Assembly: GCA_902593475.1 (NCBI GenBank)
Contig: CACJIM010000003.1
Span: 10,718 to 74,717, forward strand
Length of the DNA: 64,000 bases
Origin: an uncultured Candidatus Actinomarina sp.
Lineage (GTDB): Bacteria > Actinomycetota > Acidimicrobiia > Actinomarinales > Actinomarinaceae
Reading direction: 5' to 3'
Part shown: piece by piece, positions 28,708 through 38,268 of the stretch
Layout of the letters: each line of letters opens with the position of its first letter
Numbering within the stretch: the first letter of the stretch is position 1
Program-made: the position numbers and the translations under genes
Notes under the pieces: generated by a model
The model's input: the letters and a program-made list of their open reading frames with translations, nothing else
Told to the model about the DNA's origin: nothing
Database searches by the model: none

Positions 28708-29417
28708 TACTCACTCTCCTTATTTTCGACTTGGTCTCTTTTACCCGAACCTTTTAAGCAAGCATCTGCTATTGCTGAAGCTATAAGTTCAATTGACCTA
28801 ATTGCATCGTCATTTCCTGGAATTAAGAAATCTATTCCTTCTGGATTTACATTAGAGTCTGCTAATCCAATAACAGGTATGCCTAATTTCTGAGCTTCTG
28901 TAATAGCTGTAGTTTCATTTGCAAGATCTACAACAAATAAAGCATCTGGAAGTTTGTTTAGATTGACAATTCCACCGATTGATTTGTTTAATTTTTCAAT
29001 TTCTCTTTTTATTTTAAGTCTCTCAGATTTTGTATATGCATTAATCTCACCTGAAGACTCTAAAGAAACTAATTCTTTCAAATAAACAACTCTTTTAATA
29101 ATTGTTTTAAAATTTGTAAGCATTCCACCAAGCCATCGAAAATTTACGTACGGCATTCCTGCTCTATTTGCTTGATCTTCTATAACTTGTTGAGCTTGAG
29201 GTTTAGTTCCAACAAAAAGAACTTTTCCACTGTTAGCTACTAATTTTTGAACATAATCTTGAGCTTGTTCTATAGCTTCATATGTAATTCTTAAGTCAAG
29301 AATGTGAATGCCGCTTTTCGCGCCATAAATATATTTGTCCATTTTCGGATTCCATCTTTGAGTTTGATGGCCGAAATGCACACCTGCTTCAAGCAGATCT
29401 TTCATTGATGTAGACAT
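28707..29417 (-). CDS. rpsB: 30S ribosomal protein S2
   Basis: Full-length S2. Strong SD (AAAGGAGAAAT) upstream of the ATG. Confidence 0.95.
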   Translation of the reverse strand: MSTSMKDLLEAGVHFGHQTQRWNPKMDKYIYGAKSGIHILDLRITYEAIEQAQDYVQKLVANSGKVLFVGTKPQAQQVIEDQANRAGMPYVNFRWLGGMLTNFKTIIKRVVYLKELVSLESSGEINAYTKSERLKIKREIEKLNKSIGGIVNLNKLPDALFVVDLANETTAITEAQKLGIPVIGLADSNVNPEGIDFLIPGNDDAIRSIELIASAIADACLKGSGKRDQVENKESE

Positions 29418-29546
29418 CTAATTTCTCCTTTGGTTAATTCATCCCACATTCCTTGCCTAAGCGGTTTCCAAACTTTCGTTCACCAAGGAAACTTGTAAAT
29501 GTGGTGTCTATTTTCTTTAAAAATTCTAATATTAATGCTGTATTAA

Positions 29547-30416
29547 TCAACCCCTTGGGTGAGATTGTTTGTATTTTTTCTTCAATTGCTTTTTTGATAC
29601 ATGTGTATATATTTGAGTAGTATTTGGATCATTGTGACCAAGAAGCTCCTGTACTATACGTAAATCTGCTCCCCCGTCTAAAAGATGTGTTGCAAAAGTG
29701 TGTCTTAAGCTGTGTGGAAAAGTTCCAACTCTAAGTTTTACAATTCTTCTTATTTCCCTATCACTTAATTTTCCGCCCCTTATGCCTAAAAATAAAAATT
29801 GTCCAGATTTTTCATTGGCAAATATTTCTCTAGCAATCTTTAAATAGTTATTAATACTATTAAATGCACGTTCAGTTATTGGTAAAACTCTCTCCTTACT
29901 ACCTTTCCCCAAAACTTTAATAGATTTATTACTTCTAATATCTTTAATCACGAGATTGCTAACTTCACTTACTCGAAGGCCAGATGAATACATTAGTTCT
30001 AATATGGCTTTATCTCTAATCTCTTTATTGTTACTTATAGGTAAAGAATCAAGAAGTTCATTAATGTAATTTGCGGTTAATACATTTGGAAGTTTTTTAT
30101 CTGTTTTTAAACTTGTAACTCGTTTAATTTGGTCTTTTTCAAAATAATCATTTTCTGCACTCCAAAACAAAAAAGATCTAATAGATGTAATTTTTCTGTT
30201 GATTGTAGATTTTGAGTAATTTTTTTTAGAACAGATTTTTAAAAAATTTGAAAATTCTCCTACATTGTTCTCTTCATTCAAATACTGAGCAATATCATTT
30301 TTGTAAGACTTTATAGTATTTGGCGAATAATTATTAATTTTTTCAAGTGTATTTAAATATTGATTTAAAATTTCTTCTTGATTGCTTTTATTATCTAGCT
30401 TCAAGTCTTTTCTCAA
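29547..30416 (-). CDS. xerC: tyrosine recombinase XerC
   Basis: Catalytic R...HxxRH...Y residues (HSLRHTFATHLL, LLGHNDPNTTQIYTHV). xerC-rpsB adjacency is conserved in actinobacteria. TTG start. Confidence 0.85.
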   Translation of the reverse strand: MRKDLKLDNKSNQEEILNQYLNTLEKINNYSPNTIKSYKNDIAQYLNEENNVGEFSNFLKICSKKNYSKSTINRKITSIRSFLFWSAENDYFEKDQIKRVTSLKTDKKLPNVLTANYINELLDSLPISNNKEIRDKAILELMYSSGLRVSEVSNLVIKDIRSNKSIKVLGKGSKERVLPITERAFNSINNYLKIAREIFANEKSGQFLFLGIRGGKLSDREIRRIVKLRVGTFPHSLRHTFATHLLDGGADLRIVQELLGHNDPNTTQIYTHVSKKQLKKKYKQSHPRG

Positions 30417-31173
30417 GTCTTCTTTGTAATCCAGAAAGGATGAGTGTAATAATTAAATACATCACAGTAAGAACGAGATAAGTTTCTGCAAATCTAAATG
30501 TACTTCCAGAATATAACCTTCCTCTATACGTTAGATCTTCTACTGCTAATACTGATAACAATGAGGAGTCTTTCATCATAGAAATAAAATCATTTCCTAG
30601 TGCAGGAAGCATATTTCGAAAAGCTTGAGGCAAAACTATATGTCTCATTACTTGTCTTTCAGATAGACCTAGCGATGCTCCACCCTCTCTTTGACCTACA
30701 GGTACAGATTCAATTCCAGCTCGAAATACTTCAGCAATATATGCTCCGTAGAATACTGAAAGTGCAATTATTGCTCTAACCAACATTGGGACGTTACCAT
30801 TATTAATGTTGAAAAATTCTGCAGCTCTAACGACTACTACGAAGGCAATTGTAAAAATAAGTATAAGCACGGGAACCCCACGAATAAATTCAATGTATGT
30901 TCTTGAGATTGTTCGTGCAAATTTATTCTTGGAAATCCTTCCTATTCCAGAAATCAATCCAAGAAATAATGCAATTATGAATGATATAAAAGTTGAAAAA
31001 AAAGTAATTGTAAGTCCGGGAAGTATAAAATTAAAAGCTTTGTTGTATTCAGGCTCTGAATAGATCATAAATAGCATATAAGCTATAACTCCACTTAAAA
31101 TAAGAATCCACCAATTATCTGGTTTAAGAAGATTTTTTATTTTCATTTGTATCCATAATAAAGCAATAGGCAC
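30391..31173 (-). CDS. polar amino-acid ABC transporter permease
   Basis: Five TM helices and the EAA-like loop of His/Gln permease-family transmembrane domains. Confidence 0.8.
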   Translation of the reverse strand: MPIALLWIQMKIKNLLKPDNWWILILSGVIAYMLFMIYSEPEYNKAFNFILPGLTITFFSTFISFIIALFLGLISGIGRISKNKFARTISRTYIEFIRGVPVLILIFTIAFVVVVRAAEFFNINNGNVPMLVRAIIALSVFYGAYIAEVFRAGIESVPVGQREGGASLGLSERQVMRHIVLPQAFRNMLPALGNDFISMMKDSSLLSVLAVEDLTYRGRLYSGSTFRFAETYLVLTVMYLIITLILSGLQRRLEKRLEAR

Positions 31174-31218
31174 GGATATCCGTGCCTATTACAAATTTAA
31201 ATATAAGTAAACTTTTAC

Positions 31219-32106
31219 TTATACTTCGCAGTCCTCTGGAAGATATTCTTCTGGAATGTTTTCATCACATTCTGCGATATCATCATAAGTTACTGAGAAG
31301 TCAGGTGAGAAGAACTTAGCATTTATTTCAGCAAGTTTTCCACTATCCTTCATTGCTGCTAACCCTTGATTAACTACATCCACTAATGGACTTCCATTAG
31401 GAAATGCAAAACCGAGTTGTTCAGAAGTTAAGTCGCCACCAACCAATTTAACTTGGTCTTTGTTGGCTCCCATGTAACCTAAACCAGCTGTTTCATCAAT
31501 GATTGATGCATCTGCATCACCAGAAATAACAGCTTGGATTGCAAAGTTAAAATCATCAAAAGCTTGAACTTTATCTTCTCCAAGTTCTGAAACTGCAAAC
31601 TCATAGTTTGTAGTACCTTTTTGAGTAGCTACTGTGTAATCTCCATTTTTGAGATCATCGATACTTGTAATTTCTGTGTTTCCAACTGCTACAAGTACTC
31701 TTTGGGCTAAATTAATATATCCATCTGAAAAGTCGATAATTTCATCTCTTTCAGCTGTAATAGTAATTCCATCACCTGCGACCATGAATTGGCCATCAGC
31801 TACTGCTTGTATCATTCCATCCCATGCTGCTGGTATGTAAACTGGTGTAAAGTTCATTAACTCACCCATGTGGTTAAAGACATCATAGTCCCAACCTTTT
31901 GCTTCACCATCAGCGGCATCAATGTAGTTAAATGGAAGATACGCATTTTCTACAGCAAATGTAAATTCACATCCACCTAGATCAGGTAATCCATTTTCTC
32001 CTGTTGTAATTTCTACCTCATCACAAGGTGTAGCGTCAGCGCCTCCACACGCAGCTGCAACCAATGCGAGAACAAAAATTAAAAGGAGTGATTTCTTAGT
32101 TTTCAC
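31219..32106 (-). CDS. amino-acid ABC transporter substrate-binding lipoprotein
   Basis: Signal peptide with lipobox (LVAAACGG) and a type-II periplasmic binding fold. Confidence 0.8.
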   Translation of the reverse strand: MKTKKSLLLIFVLALVAAACGGADATPCDEVEITTGENGLPDLGGCEFTFAVENAYLPFNYIDAADGEAKGWDYDVFNHMGELMNFTPVYIPAAWDGMIQAVADGQFMVAGDGITITAERDEIIDFSDGYINLAQRVLVAVGNTEITSIDDLKNGDYTVATQKGTTNYEFAVSELGEDKVQAFDDFNFAIQAVISGDADASIIDETAGLGYMGANKDQVKLVGGDLTSEQLGFAFPNGSPLVDVVNQGLAAMKDSGKLAEINAKFFSPDFSVTYDDIAECDENIPEEYLPEDCEV

Positions 32107-32180
32107 TTAGTAAACCTCCGTTTTCTTAAGTAATGATTATTGCATAAAAATGCATATACATGAATAATTATACATATTTT

Positions 32181-32936
32181 TTATTCATCTAATGTATTTT
32201 TATATACTGGTGGTCTTTTTTCTAAAAATGCTGACATTCCTTCAGCTGCATCTGAATGAAGAAATCGTTTATTCTGGTTTTCTGTCTCTAAATCTAACGA
32301 TTCACTGAATGTTTTGTCCAAACCTTCTCTTATTTGTTGTTTAATCATGCATATAGATATGAAACTTTGTTTGTTTAAACTTTCAATTAATGATTCGAAT
32401 TCTTTATCCATATCTTCCAAAGAACATAACTTATATAAAACACCAAGATTATTTAGTTCAGCACCATTAATTTCATTTGATGTCATCATTAAAGATTTTG
32501 CTTTTTGAATTCCAATAATTCGTGGTAGAACCCACGATCCACCAAAATCAACAACTAACCCTCTCCTAATAAAAACTTCAATAAATCTTGTCTCTGGTGT
32601 AGCAATTATAAAATCACTTAATAGCATCATGTTTGAACCGGCTCCTGCAGCTATACCGTTAACAAGAGAGATTACTGGTTTTTTACAATTCCATAGAGCT
32701 TCTGCAGCATTTGAAACATCTTCCATTAAGGAGTTAATATTTTCACCTAGCTGTGCTCCAGCAGAATAATTACCATTAATATGTTTAATTACTAAGTACT
32801 TCTGATCACTTTTTTCAAAAGATTCAATTTCAGATTTTAATGACTTCCAATCTCCTGAACTTATCGCATTAAGAGAAGCTTCATCATTAAAATATAGATA
32901 CTTAATATCGTTTTCAATTTTTGATTCAAGAACCAT
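32181..32936 (-). CDS. enoyl-CoA hydratase/isomerase (crotonase) family protein
   Basis: Crotonase-fold oxyanion-hole region (GIAAGAGSNMML). Confidence 0.8.
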   Translation of the reverse strand: MVLESKIENDIKYLYFNDEASLNAISSGDWKSLKSEIESFEKSDQKYLVIKHINGNYSAGAQLGENINSLMEDVSNAAEALWNCKKPVISLVNGIAAGAGSNMMLLSDFIIATPETRFIEVFIRRGLVVDFGGSWVLPRIIGIQKAKSLMMTSNEINGAELNNLGVLYKLCSLEDMDKEFESLIESLNKQSFISICMIKQQIREGLDKTFSESLDLETENQNKRFLHSDAAEGMSAFLEKRPPVYKNTLDE

Positions 32937-33061
32937 ATTTCAAGTTTAATATATTTTAATTTAGAATGTAGTTATGGGATTTGATCCAAATAGGCCTTAT
33001 AAAGCTAATAAGACTGATTATATAAATATTATTTTTGCTTTCATACTTACGGCAATTGTTG

Positions 33062-33649
33062 TTATATGGGCTTTAAGCTAAAAGATTTTCTGTGAATATT
33101 AGATAAACCATATTTTGAGATAGCTTCTCTGTGCTCTTTTGTTCCATAGCCTTTATTCTTTTCAAATGAATATTCAGGATATTTTTCTGAAAATTTAATC
33201 ATTAAATTGTCTCTGAGAACTTTTGCGACAATACTTGCTAAAGCTATTGCTCTACAATTATCTTCTCCTCGTACAACAGAGATAGATTTGAAGTCATTAA
33301 TTTTAAAATGATCAACATATACTATTTCATTGTTTGTGTAGATATCAGAGATTGAGTCAGTTAATACTTTTTCATTAGCGTTCTTGATTCCAAATTGATC
33401 AATAAAAGTATTTGATGATTCATTAAATGAATACTCAATATTGTTTTCTTCGACCATTGAAAATATTTCTTCCCTTTTTTTTGGACTAAGTTTTTTTGAG
33501 TCTTTTACATTAGTTAGTAGTTCTAAATGTGAATAATTAATCTTTACTGCTGCAGCACATATTGGACCAGCAAAAGAGCCTCTGCCTACTTCATCTGCTC
33601 CTATTATGTATTTAGTTGGATCTTCTGACCAAATTTTATCTTCAATCAT
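33062..33649 (-). CDS. rnhB: ribonuclease HII
   Basis: DEVGRG active-site motif. Conserved lepB-rnhB order. Confidence 0.9.
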   Translation of the reverse strand: MIEDKIWSEDPTKYIIGADEVGRGSFAGPICAAAVKINYSHLELLTNVKDSKKLSPKKREEIFSMVEENNIEYSFNESSNTFIDQFGIKNANEKVLTDSISDIYTNNEIVYVDHFKINDFKSISVVRGEDNCRAIALASIVAKVLRDNLMIKFSEKYPEYSFEKNKGYGTKEHREAISKYGLSNIHRKSFSLKPI

Positions 33650-34121
33650 TTATATTTTTAAAATTTTCAAATGGGAAGATTACATAATAAGCTTTCCCAA
33701 CAATATTATTGTAAGGTATTGTTCCAATGTATCTCGAGTCTTGACTGTTTATTCTGTTATCACCTAAAACAAATATCTCACCATCAGGGACAATGTATGT
33801 TTGGTCTTTGAAGTATCTACCTTCTTCAATATTCAGCACTACAAATTTGTTGTTATTTACAAATACTTCTCCTGATTTCTTAATAACTACTTCATCGCCA
33901 CTAGAACCAACAACTCGTTTAATTAGTGCAGTATTTAAATAAGTCTGATCATTGGTTAGTTTCCAAATCTGTAAAGACTCTATAAATTGGTCATAATAAT
34001 TTTCATCAAACTGTGTTTGCGGACCATAAAAGACAACAATATCACCTGTAGATATATCTGTCTCTATGAAAGTATTTTTTACTACTAAAACTCTGTCATT
34101 AACTTGTAAGGTTGGTTCCAT
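33642..34121 (-). CDS. lepB: signal peptidase I (LepB). True start lies upstream of the first ATG; coding sequence likely extends to about 34238.
   Basis: SSSMEPTL box B and later SPase I boxes. A hydrophobic TM segment is encoded in-frame upstream of the only ATG, with no ATG/GTG/TTG anywhere in it. Confidence 0.85.
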   Translation of the reverse strand: MEPTLQVNDRVLVVKNTFIETDISTGDIVVFYGPQTQFDENYYDQFIESLQIWKLTNDQTYLNTALIKRVVGSSGDEVVIKKSGEVFVNNNKFVVLNIEEGRYFKDQTYIVPDGEIFVLGDNRINSQDSRYIGTIPYNNIVGKAYYVIFPFENFKNIND

Positions 34122-34238
34122 AGAAGATGATGGAATGAAATAAATTTGTATAAAAAAAGTTCTAACTAATGTAGCTGCAACAATAGCTAAAACGATTATT
34201 AGTGATGACTTAAATAACTTCTTTATAATAATAAAAGT

Positions 34239-34583
34239 TTAATTACGATCTTCTTTTATTTTGGCTGATTTACCAACACGATCTCTAAGGTAATATAGTT
34301 TAGATCTTCTTACTTTACCTTTTCTAATAACTTCAATAGAGTCAACAATTGGGGCATGAACTGGAAAAATTCTTTCGACACCAACACCAAAAGAAAGTTT
34401 TCTAACTGTAATAGTTTTATTCACTCCTACACCATTAATAGCAATAATTACACCTTCGAATGTCTGAATTCTTTCTCTGTTTCCTTCGGATACTTTTACG
34501 TTGACTTTTACAGTATCTCCAGAACCAAAGGAAGGTAGTTCTTCCTTTAAGAATTCATTTTCAATGCTTTTTATTAAGTCCAT
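34239..34583 (-). CDS. rplS: 50S ribosomal protein L19
   Basis: Full-length L19. Confidence 0.95.
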   Translation of the reverse strand: MDLIKSIENEFLKEELPSFGSGDTVKVNVKVSEGNRERIQTFEGVIIAINGVGVNKTITVRKLSFGVGVERIFPVHAPIVDSIEVIRKGKVRRSKLYYLRDRVGKSAKIKEDRN

Positions 34584-34620
34584 AGTTGCTCCAGATGAGA
34601 ATTATATAATTAAATTAAGT

Positions 34621-35256
34621 TTATATGTCTTTTAAATTATTCTTTTTCCATTCATCTATTTTTTGATGATTTCCGGACAGAAGTACCTCTGGAACTTCCT
34701 TATTTTTAAAGATTTCAGGTCTTGTATAGACTGGATAATCAATTTTGTTATCTGTGAAAGTTTCACTTATTAATGATTCAGGATTTCCTAACACATCTGG
34801 GATTTTCCTAATCAACGCTTCTAACAAATACAAAGCTGGTACTTCTCCCCCAGAAACAACAGATTGACCAATTGAAATTTCGTAATCAGAATGAATTTCC
34901 AAGATTCTTTGATCAAATCCCTCGTATCTTCCACACACCATATTAATTGACTTGTATTCAAGTAATTCACTTATAAGATTTTCATTTAAATGTTGTCCTG
35001 ATGGGGTTAGGAAAACATTAATATCTGCTTTGCAGGAAGTTATAGCTTTGTCTAATGGTTCTGGCATCAAAACCATTCCTGGTCCACCGCCATATGGAGC
35101 GTCATCAACCTGTTTATATGTACCTATGCCAAAATCTCTTAGGTTTGTTGAATTTATAGCTACTAAATTATTTTTTAATGCCTGATTAATAATCCCGGTA
35201 TTTTTCCATTCTTCAATTAGATTAGGAAATAATGTTATTACATTGTAAGAATTCAT
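34621..35256 (-). CDS. trmD: tRNA (guanine37-N1)-methyltransferase
   Basis: SPOUT-fold TrmD motifs. ATGA overlap with the upstream cofH stop. Confidence 0.92.
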   Translation of the reverse strand: MNSYNVITLFPNLIEEWKNTGIINQALKNNLVAINSTNLRDFGIGTYKQVDDAPYGGGPGMVLMPEPLDKAITSCKADINVFLTPSGQHLNENLISELLEYKSINMVCGRYEGFDQRILEIHSDYEISIGQSVVSGGEVPALYLLEALIRKIPDVLGNPESLISETFTDNKIDYPVYTRPEIFKNKEVPEVLLSGNHQKIDEWKKNNLKDI

Positions 35257-37088
35257 CTTTTTTCTAAAGTATTTTTTGTTTCAGTGAATTCTGTATATAG
35301 CGTATTTCTTAAAATTGGATTTTTATTTTCAGACTCAATTATTTGAATAAATTGATCTACAGTAGTTTCTTGCCCATGATCTGCTCCTGAAGCTCTGCTA
35401 ATGTTTTCGTTGATCAAAGTACCGCCTAAATCATTAACTCCAGCATGAAGGAGTTTGCCTGCTCCATCATGACCCAATTTCACCCAGCTTGCTTGAATGT
35501 TGTCTATTGAATTTAAAAAGAAGATTCGTGCTAGTGAGTGAATAAGAACGACCTCATCCCAAGTAGGTCCTGGCATACTTTTACCTTGCAAGAAAATAGG
35601 AGAACCCATATGCACAAAAGGAAGTGGTACAACTTCAGTAAATCCATTTGTTTTTCTTTGAACATTTTTAATCAATGAAAAATGATTGACCCATGAATCT
35701 ATATCATCAATATGACCAAACATAATTGTTGCAGTAGATTTAATACCTAAGTTATGTGCTACTTCCATTACATATGCCCATTGTGAAGAAGTTATTTTAT
35801 CAGGGCAAAGATATTTTCTAACTCTATCATCTAGTATTTCAGCCGCAGTACCGGGGAGTGTGTTTAGTCCAGCTTTTTTTAACTGACTTAAGTACTCTTC
35901 AACACTCAAACCAATAGTCTCTGCACCCTGCCAAATTTCTAAAGGAGTGAAACCGTGAATATGCATTTCCGGAACAGAAGCTTTTATATCTTCGACCATT
36001 TTTAAATAAAACTCTCCTGTATAGTCAGGATGAATGCCTCCTTGTAAACACACTTCTGATGCACCCATTTCATATGCTTCGACTGTTCTTTCAACTACTT
36101 CTTGTATATCAATGGTGTATGGTTTTTCTTTTAAATTTAAACTATTAGGACCTTTAGAAAAACCACAGAAACCACATTTGTAATAGCATTGATTCGTATA
36201 ATTAATATTTCTATTCTTTACATAAGAAACATTATTTCCGTTTTTTAAAAAATTTAACTCGTTAGCAACGTTAGCAATATCATTTATTTTTTCTCCTGCA
36301 GTATTAAACAATACTCTCAGATCATCATTATTAATTTGATATCCATCTAATACCCTTTTCAATATTGAGTCAATTTCAGAATGGTTAATTTGACTTTTAT
36401 TGTTAAAGACAAAATTATTTAAATTTGGAATTTTTTTTCCACTTCCAGGAGACCAATTTGTCTCTTCTCTTCTAAAACCTCTGACATTTCTAGTTTTTAA
36501 GAATCTAAAAAATCTTTCTTTATCAAATTCTTCTCTTGCCTCATCAATAGAAAATATAGGAGAAAGTAAAGTTCGTTCATAGAAGTTTAAACCTTCTAGA
36601 TTTTGTAGTTCTAGTATCTGTTCGGAACTCCAGTCTCTGAGGAGTAAATCTGAAACCCCTGCATTTGCAAATTCAATTGCTTCCTCAATTGTTTCAACAT
36701 ATGTCGATGTTATAAAACTAGTTTTTGAGTTGATAGATTTAAGGAATTTCAGATCTGAATTGGTAGAAATTAATATAGTATGTGGCTTTAGCCTATCGAT
36801 AACTTCTAATGTGGTTTCAATATTATTTTTAAAAATGTAAATCAATCTTTTTGGATGAACAGATTTAAATTCCTTCCAGTTTTCATCAGTAACCATCCAC
36901 ACGTCTGAGTTTATGGTGATATCTTTTGATACTGTTTGAAATTCCTTATTATGTAAATTATCTGTATTTACTGATACATTACTTTTTATTAAGAATGTAG
37001 AAGTCCCCTCTTTTTTTCTTGAATTTAAATATATTTCATTGTCGCTATCACATGGTCTGATTCGAAGAAAAGAAATGTTATTGCTCAT
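35253..37088 (-). CDS. cofH: FO synthase subunit 2 (CofH) with uncharacterised ~250-aa N-terminal domain
   Basis: C-terminal 360 aa are radical-SAM CofH (CYYKCGFC, HIHGFTP, GxNDLGGT). The canonical CofH N-terminus begins near residue 250 of the ORF. Preferred ATG overlaps the cofG stop by 11 nt in a different frame. Confidence 0.85.
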   Translation of the reverse strand: MSNNISFLRIRPCDSDNEIYLNSRKKEGTSTFLIKSNVSVNTDNLHNKEFQTVSKDITINSDVWMVTDENWKEFKSVHPKRLIYIFKNNIETTLEVIDRLKPHTILISTNSDLKFLKSINSKTSFITSTYVETIEEAIEFANAGVSDLLLRDWSSEQILELQNLEGLNFYERTLLSPIFSIDEAREEFDKERFFRFLKTRNVRGFRREETNWSPGSGKKIPNLNNFVFNNKSQINHSEIDSILKRVLDGYQINNDDLRVLFNTAGEKINDIANVANELNFLKNGNNVSYVKNRNINYTNQCYYKCGFCGFSKGPNSLNLKEKPYTIDIQEVVERTVEAYEMGASEVCLQGGIHPDYTGEFYLKMVEDIKASVPEMHIHGFTPLEIWQGAETIGLSVEEYLSQLKKAGLNTLPGTAAEILDDRVRKYLCPDKITSSQWAYVMEVAHNLGIKSTATIMFGHIDDIDSWVNHFSLIKNVQRKTNGFTEVVPLPFVHMGSPIFLQGKSMPGPTWDEVVLIHSLARIFFLNSIDNIQASWVKLGHDGAGKLLHAGVNDLGGTLINENISRASGADHGQETTVDQFIQIIESENKNPILRNTLYTEFTETKNTLEKR

Positions 37089-38199
37089 TGTGTTCTTTTG
37101 GATATCCATCTGTATCAATAATATTATTAACTTTTTCAAAAATTTTACTGTTTAACCATTCTTTTTTTATAAATTCGGGATAAACGGGTAATCTCTTTTT
37201 AAGGACTTGACCTGTACTTGAAATATCTAATTTTAATTTATTTATATTTGGCCACAAATGATCTGGATTTACCCAATCAATAGTTAATGGAGATATTCCA
37301 CCTAAATCATTAATGCCACTTTTTAAAAATATTGTTATATCTGGTGAAAGATTTGGTGGGACTTGAAGAGATATATGTGAAGGGGCATAAATTCTAGTTG
37401 TTGCAATGATTCTTAAAAATAAATCATTTGTTATTTCAGAACTATTCTTCATTAATGTATTTTTCTTTGCTCTGAAGTTTTGTAGTATTACTTCCTGAAT
37501 TGCAGGGTTCTTTTTTACATAATCAATTAAATTAGATATATCATTTACAATTTCTTCTTTTGTTGAGGTTAAACCAAGAAGTAATCCAGTTGTAACTGGA
37601 TATTTTTCTTCTAATGCATTGTTAAGGGTATCCAACCTTAAATCAATATATTTAGTATCTGTTTTGTAATGAGCTTTTCCCTTATCGTATATATTTTTTG
37701 AAAATGACTCAATCATAATCCCACCAGATGGTGAGTGATTTTTTAACTCCTTTATCTCTTGTTTGCTCATTAAACCAGGGTTGGCGTGAGGAAAAAGATT
37801 AAATTTCTCATTTACAACTTTCATCGAACTAATTAAATAATCATGAGTTGAGGAATGGCCTAATTCTTTAAGTTGGTTTAAAGCAAAGTCCCATTTAAGC
37901 TCTGGCTTATCTCCTAAAGTAAACAAAGCTTCATAGCAACCAGCTTCATCACCAGCTTCTGCTATCGAGAGAACCTCATCTTGATTTAAATAAGTTCCAC
38001 CCTCTTTGGGAGATTTTACAAATGTACAATATCCACAATTGTCTCTACACATTGTTGTTAGTGGAATAAAAACTTTAGGACTATATGTTATGTTGTTGCC
38101 AAAGTAATCTATTTTCTTTTCAAAAGCATTAGCTAACAGTTCTTCAGTTGAAACTGATCCAAAAATGGAATCATTTATTTTTCTTGTTAATTCTGTCAT
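37078..38199 (-). CDS. cofG: FO synthase subunit 1 (CofG)
   Basis: Radical-SAM CRDNCGYC and a CofG-type C-terminal domain. 373 aa. Confidence 0.88.
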   Translation of the reverse strand: MTELTRKINDSIFGSVSTEELLANAFEKKIDYFGNNITYSPKVFIPLTTMCRDNCGYCTFVKSPKEGGTYLNQDEVLSIAEAGDEAGCYEALFTLGDKPELKWDFALNQLKELGHSSTHDYLISSMKVVNEKFNLFPHANPGLMSKQEIKELKNHSPSGGIMIESFSKNIYDKGKAHYKTDTKYIDLRLDTLNNALEEKYPVTTGLLLGLTSTKEEIVNDISNLIDYVKKNPAIQEVILQNFRAKKNTLMKNSSEITNDLFLRIIATTRIYAPSHISLQVPPNLSPDITIFLKSGINDLGGISPLTIDWVNPDHLWPNINKLKLDISSTGQVLKKRLPVYPEFIKKEWLNSKIFEKVNNIIDTDGYPKEHNEQ

Positions 38200-38268
38200 A
38201 AATAATGGTTTTAAGGTATATTATTAGTTGATTGTAACAACAATTAATCAATAATCTTGTGAGGGTTA

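Noticed and set aside
29547-30416. Tyrosine recombinase as a marker of an integrated mobile element
   Set aside because: The xerC-rpsB-tsf-pyrH-frr-cdsA order is the conserved actinobacterial chromosome arrangement (XerC for dimer resolution). No flanking direct repeats, tRNA target or phage/plasmid cargo are present.
37078-37139. cofG/cofH overlap as a frameshift-disrupted fused fbiC pseudogene
   Set aside because: cofG is full length by itself and ends at a stop. An in-frame ATG for cofH lies 11 nt before that stop, which is a typical coupling overlap. Both ORFs are intact over >2.9 kb. A programmed or erroneous frameshift cannot be fully excluded without reads.
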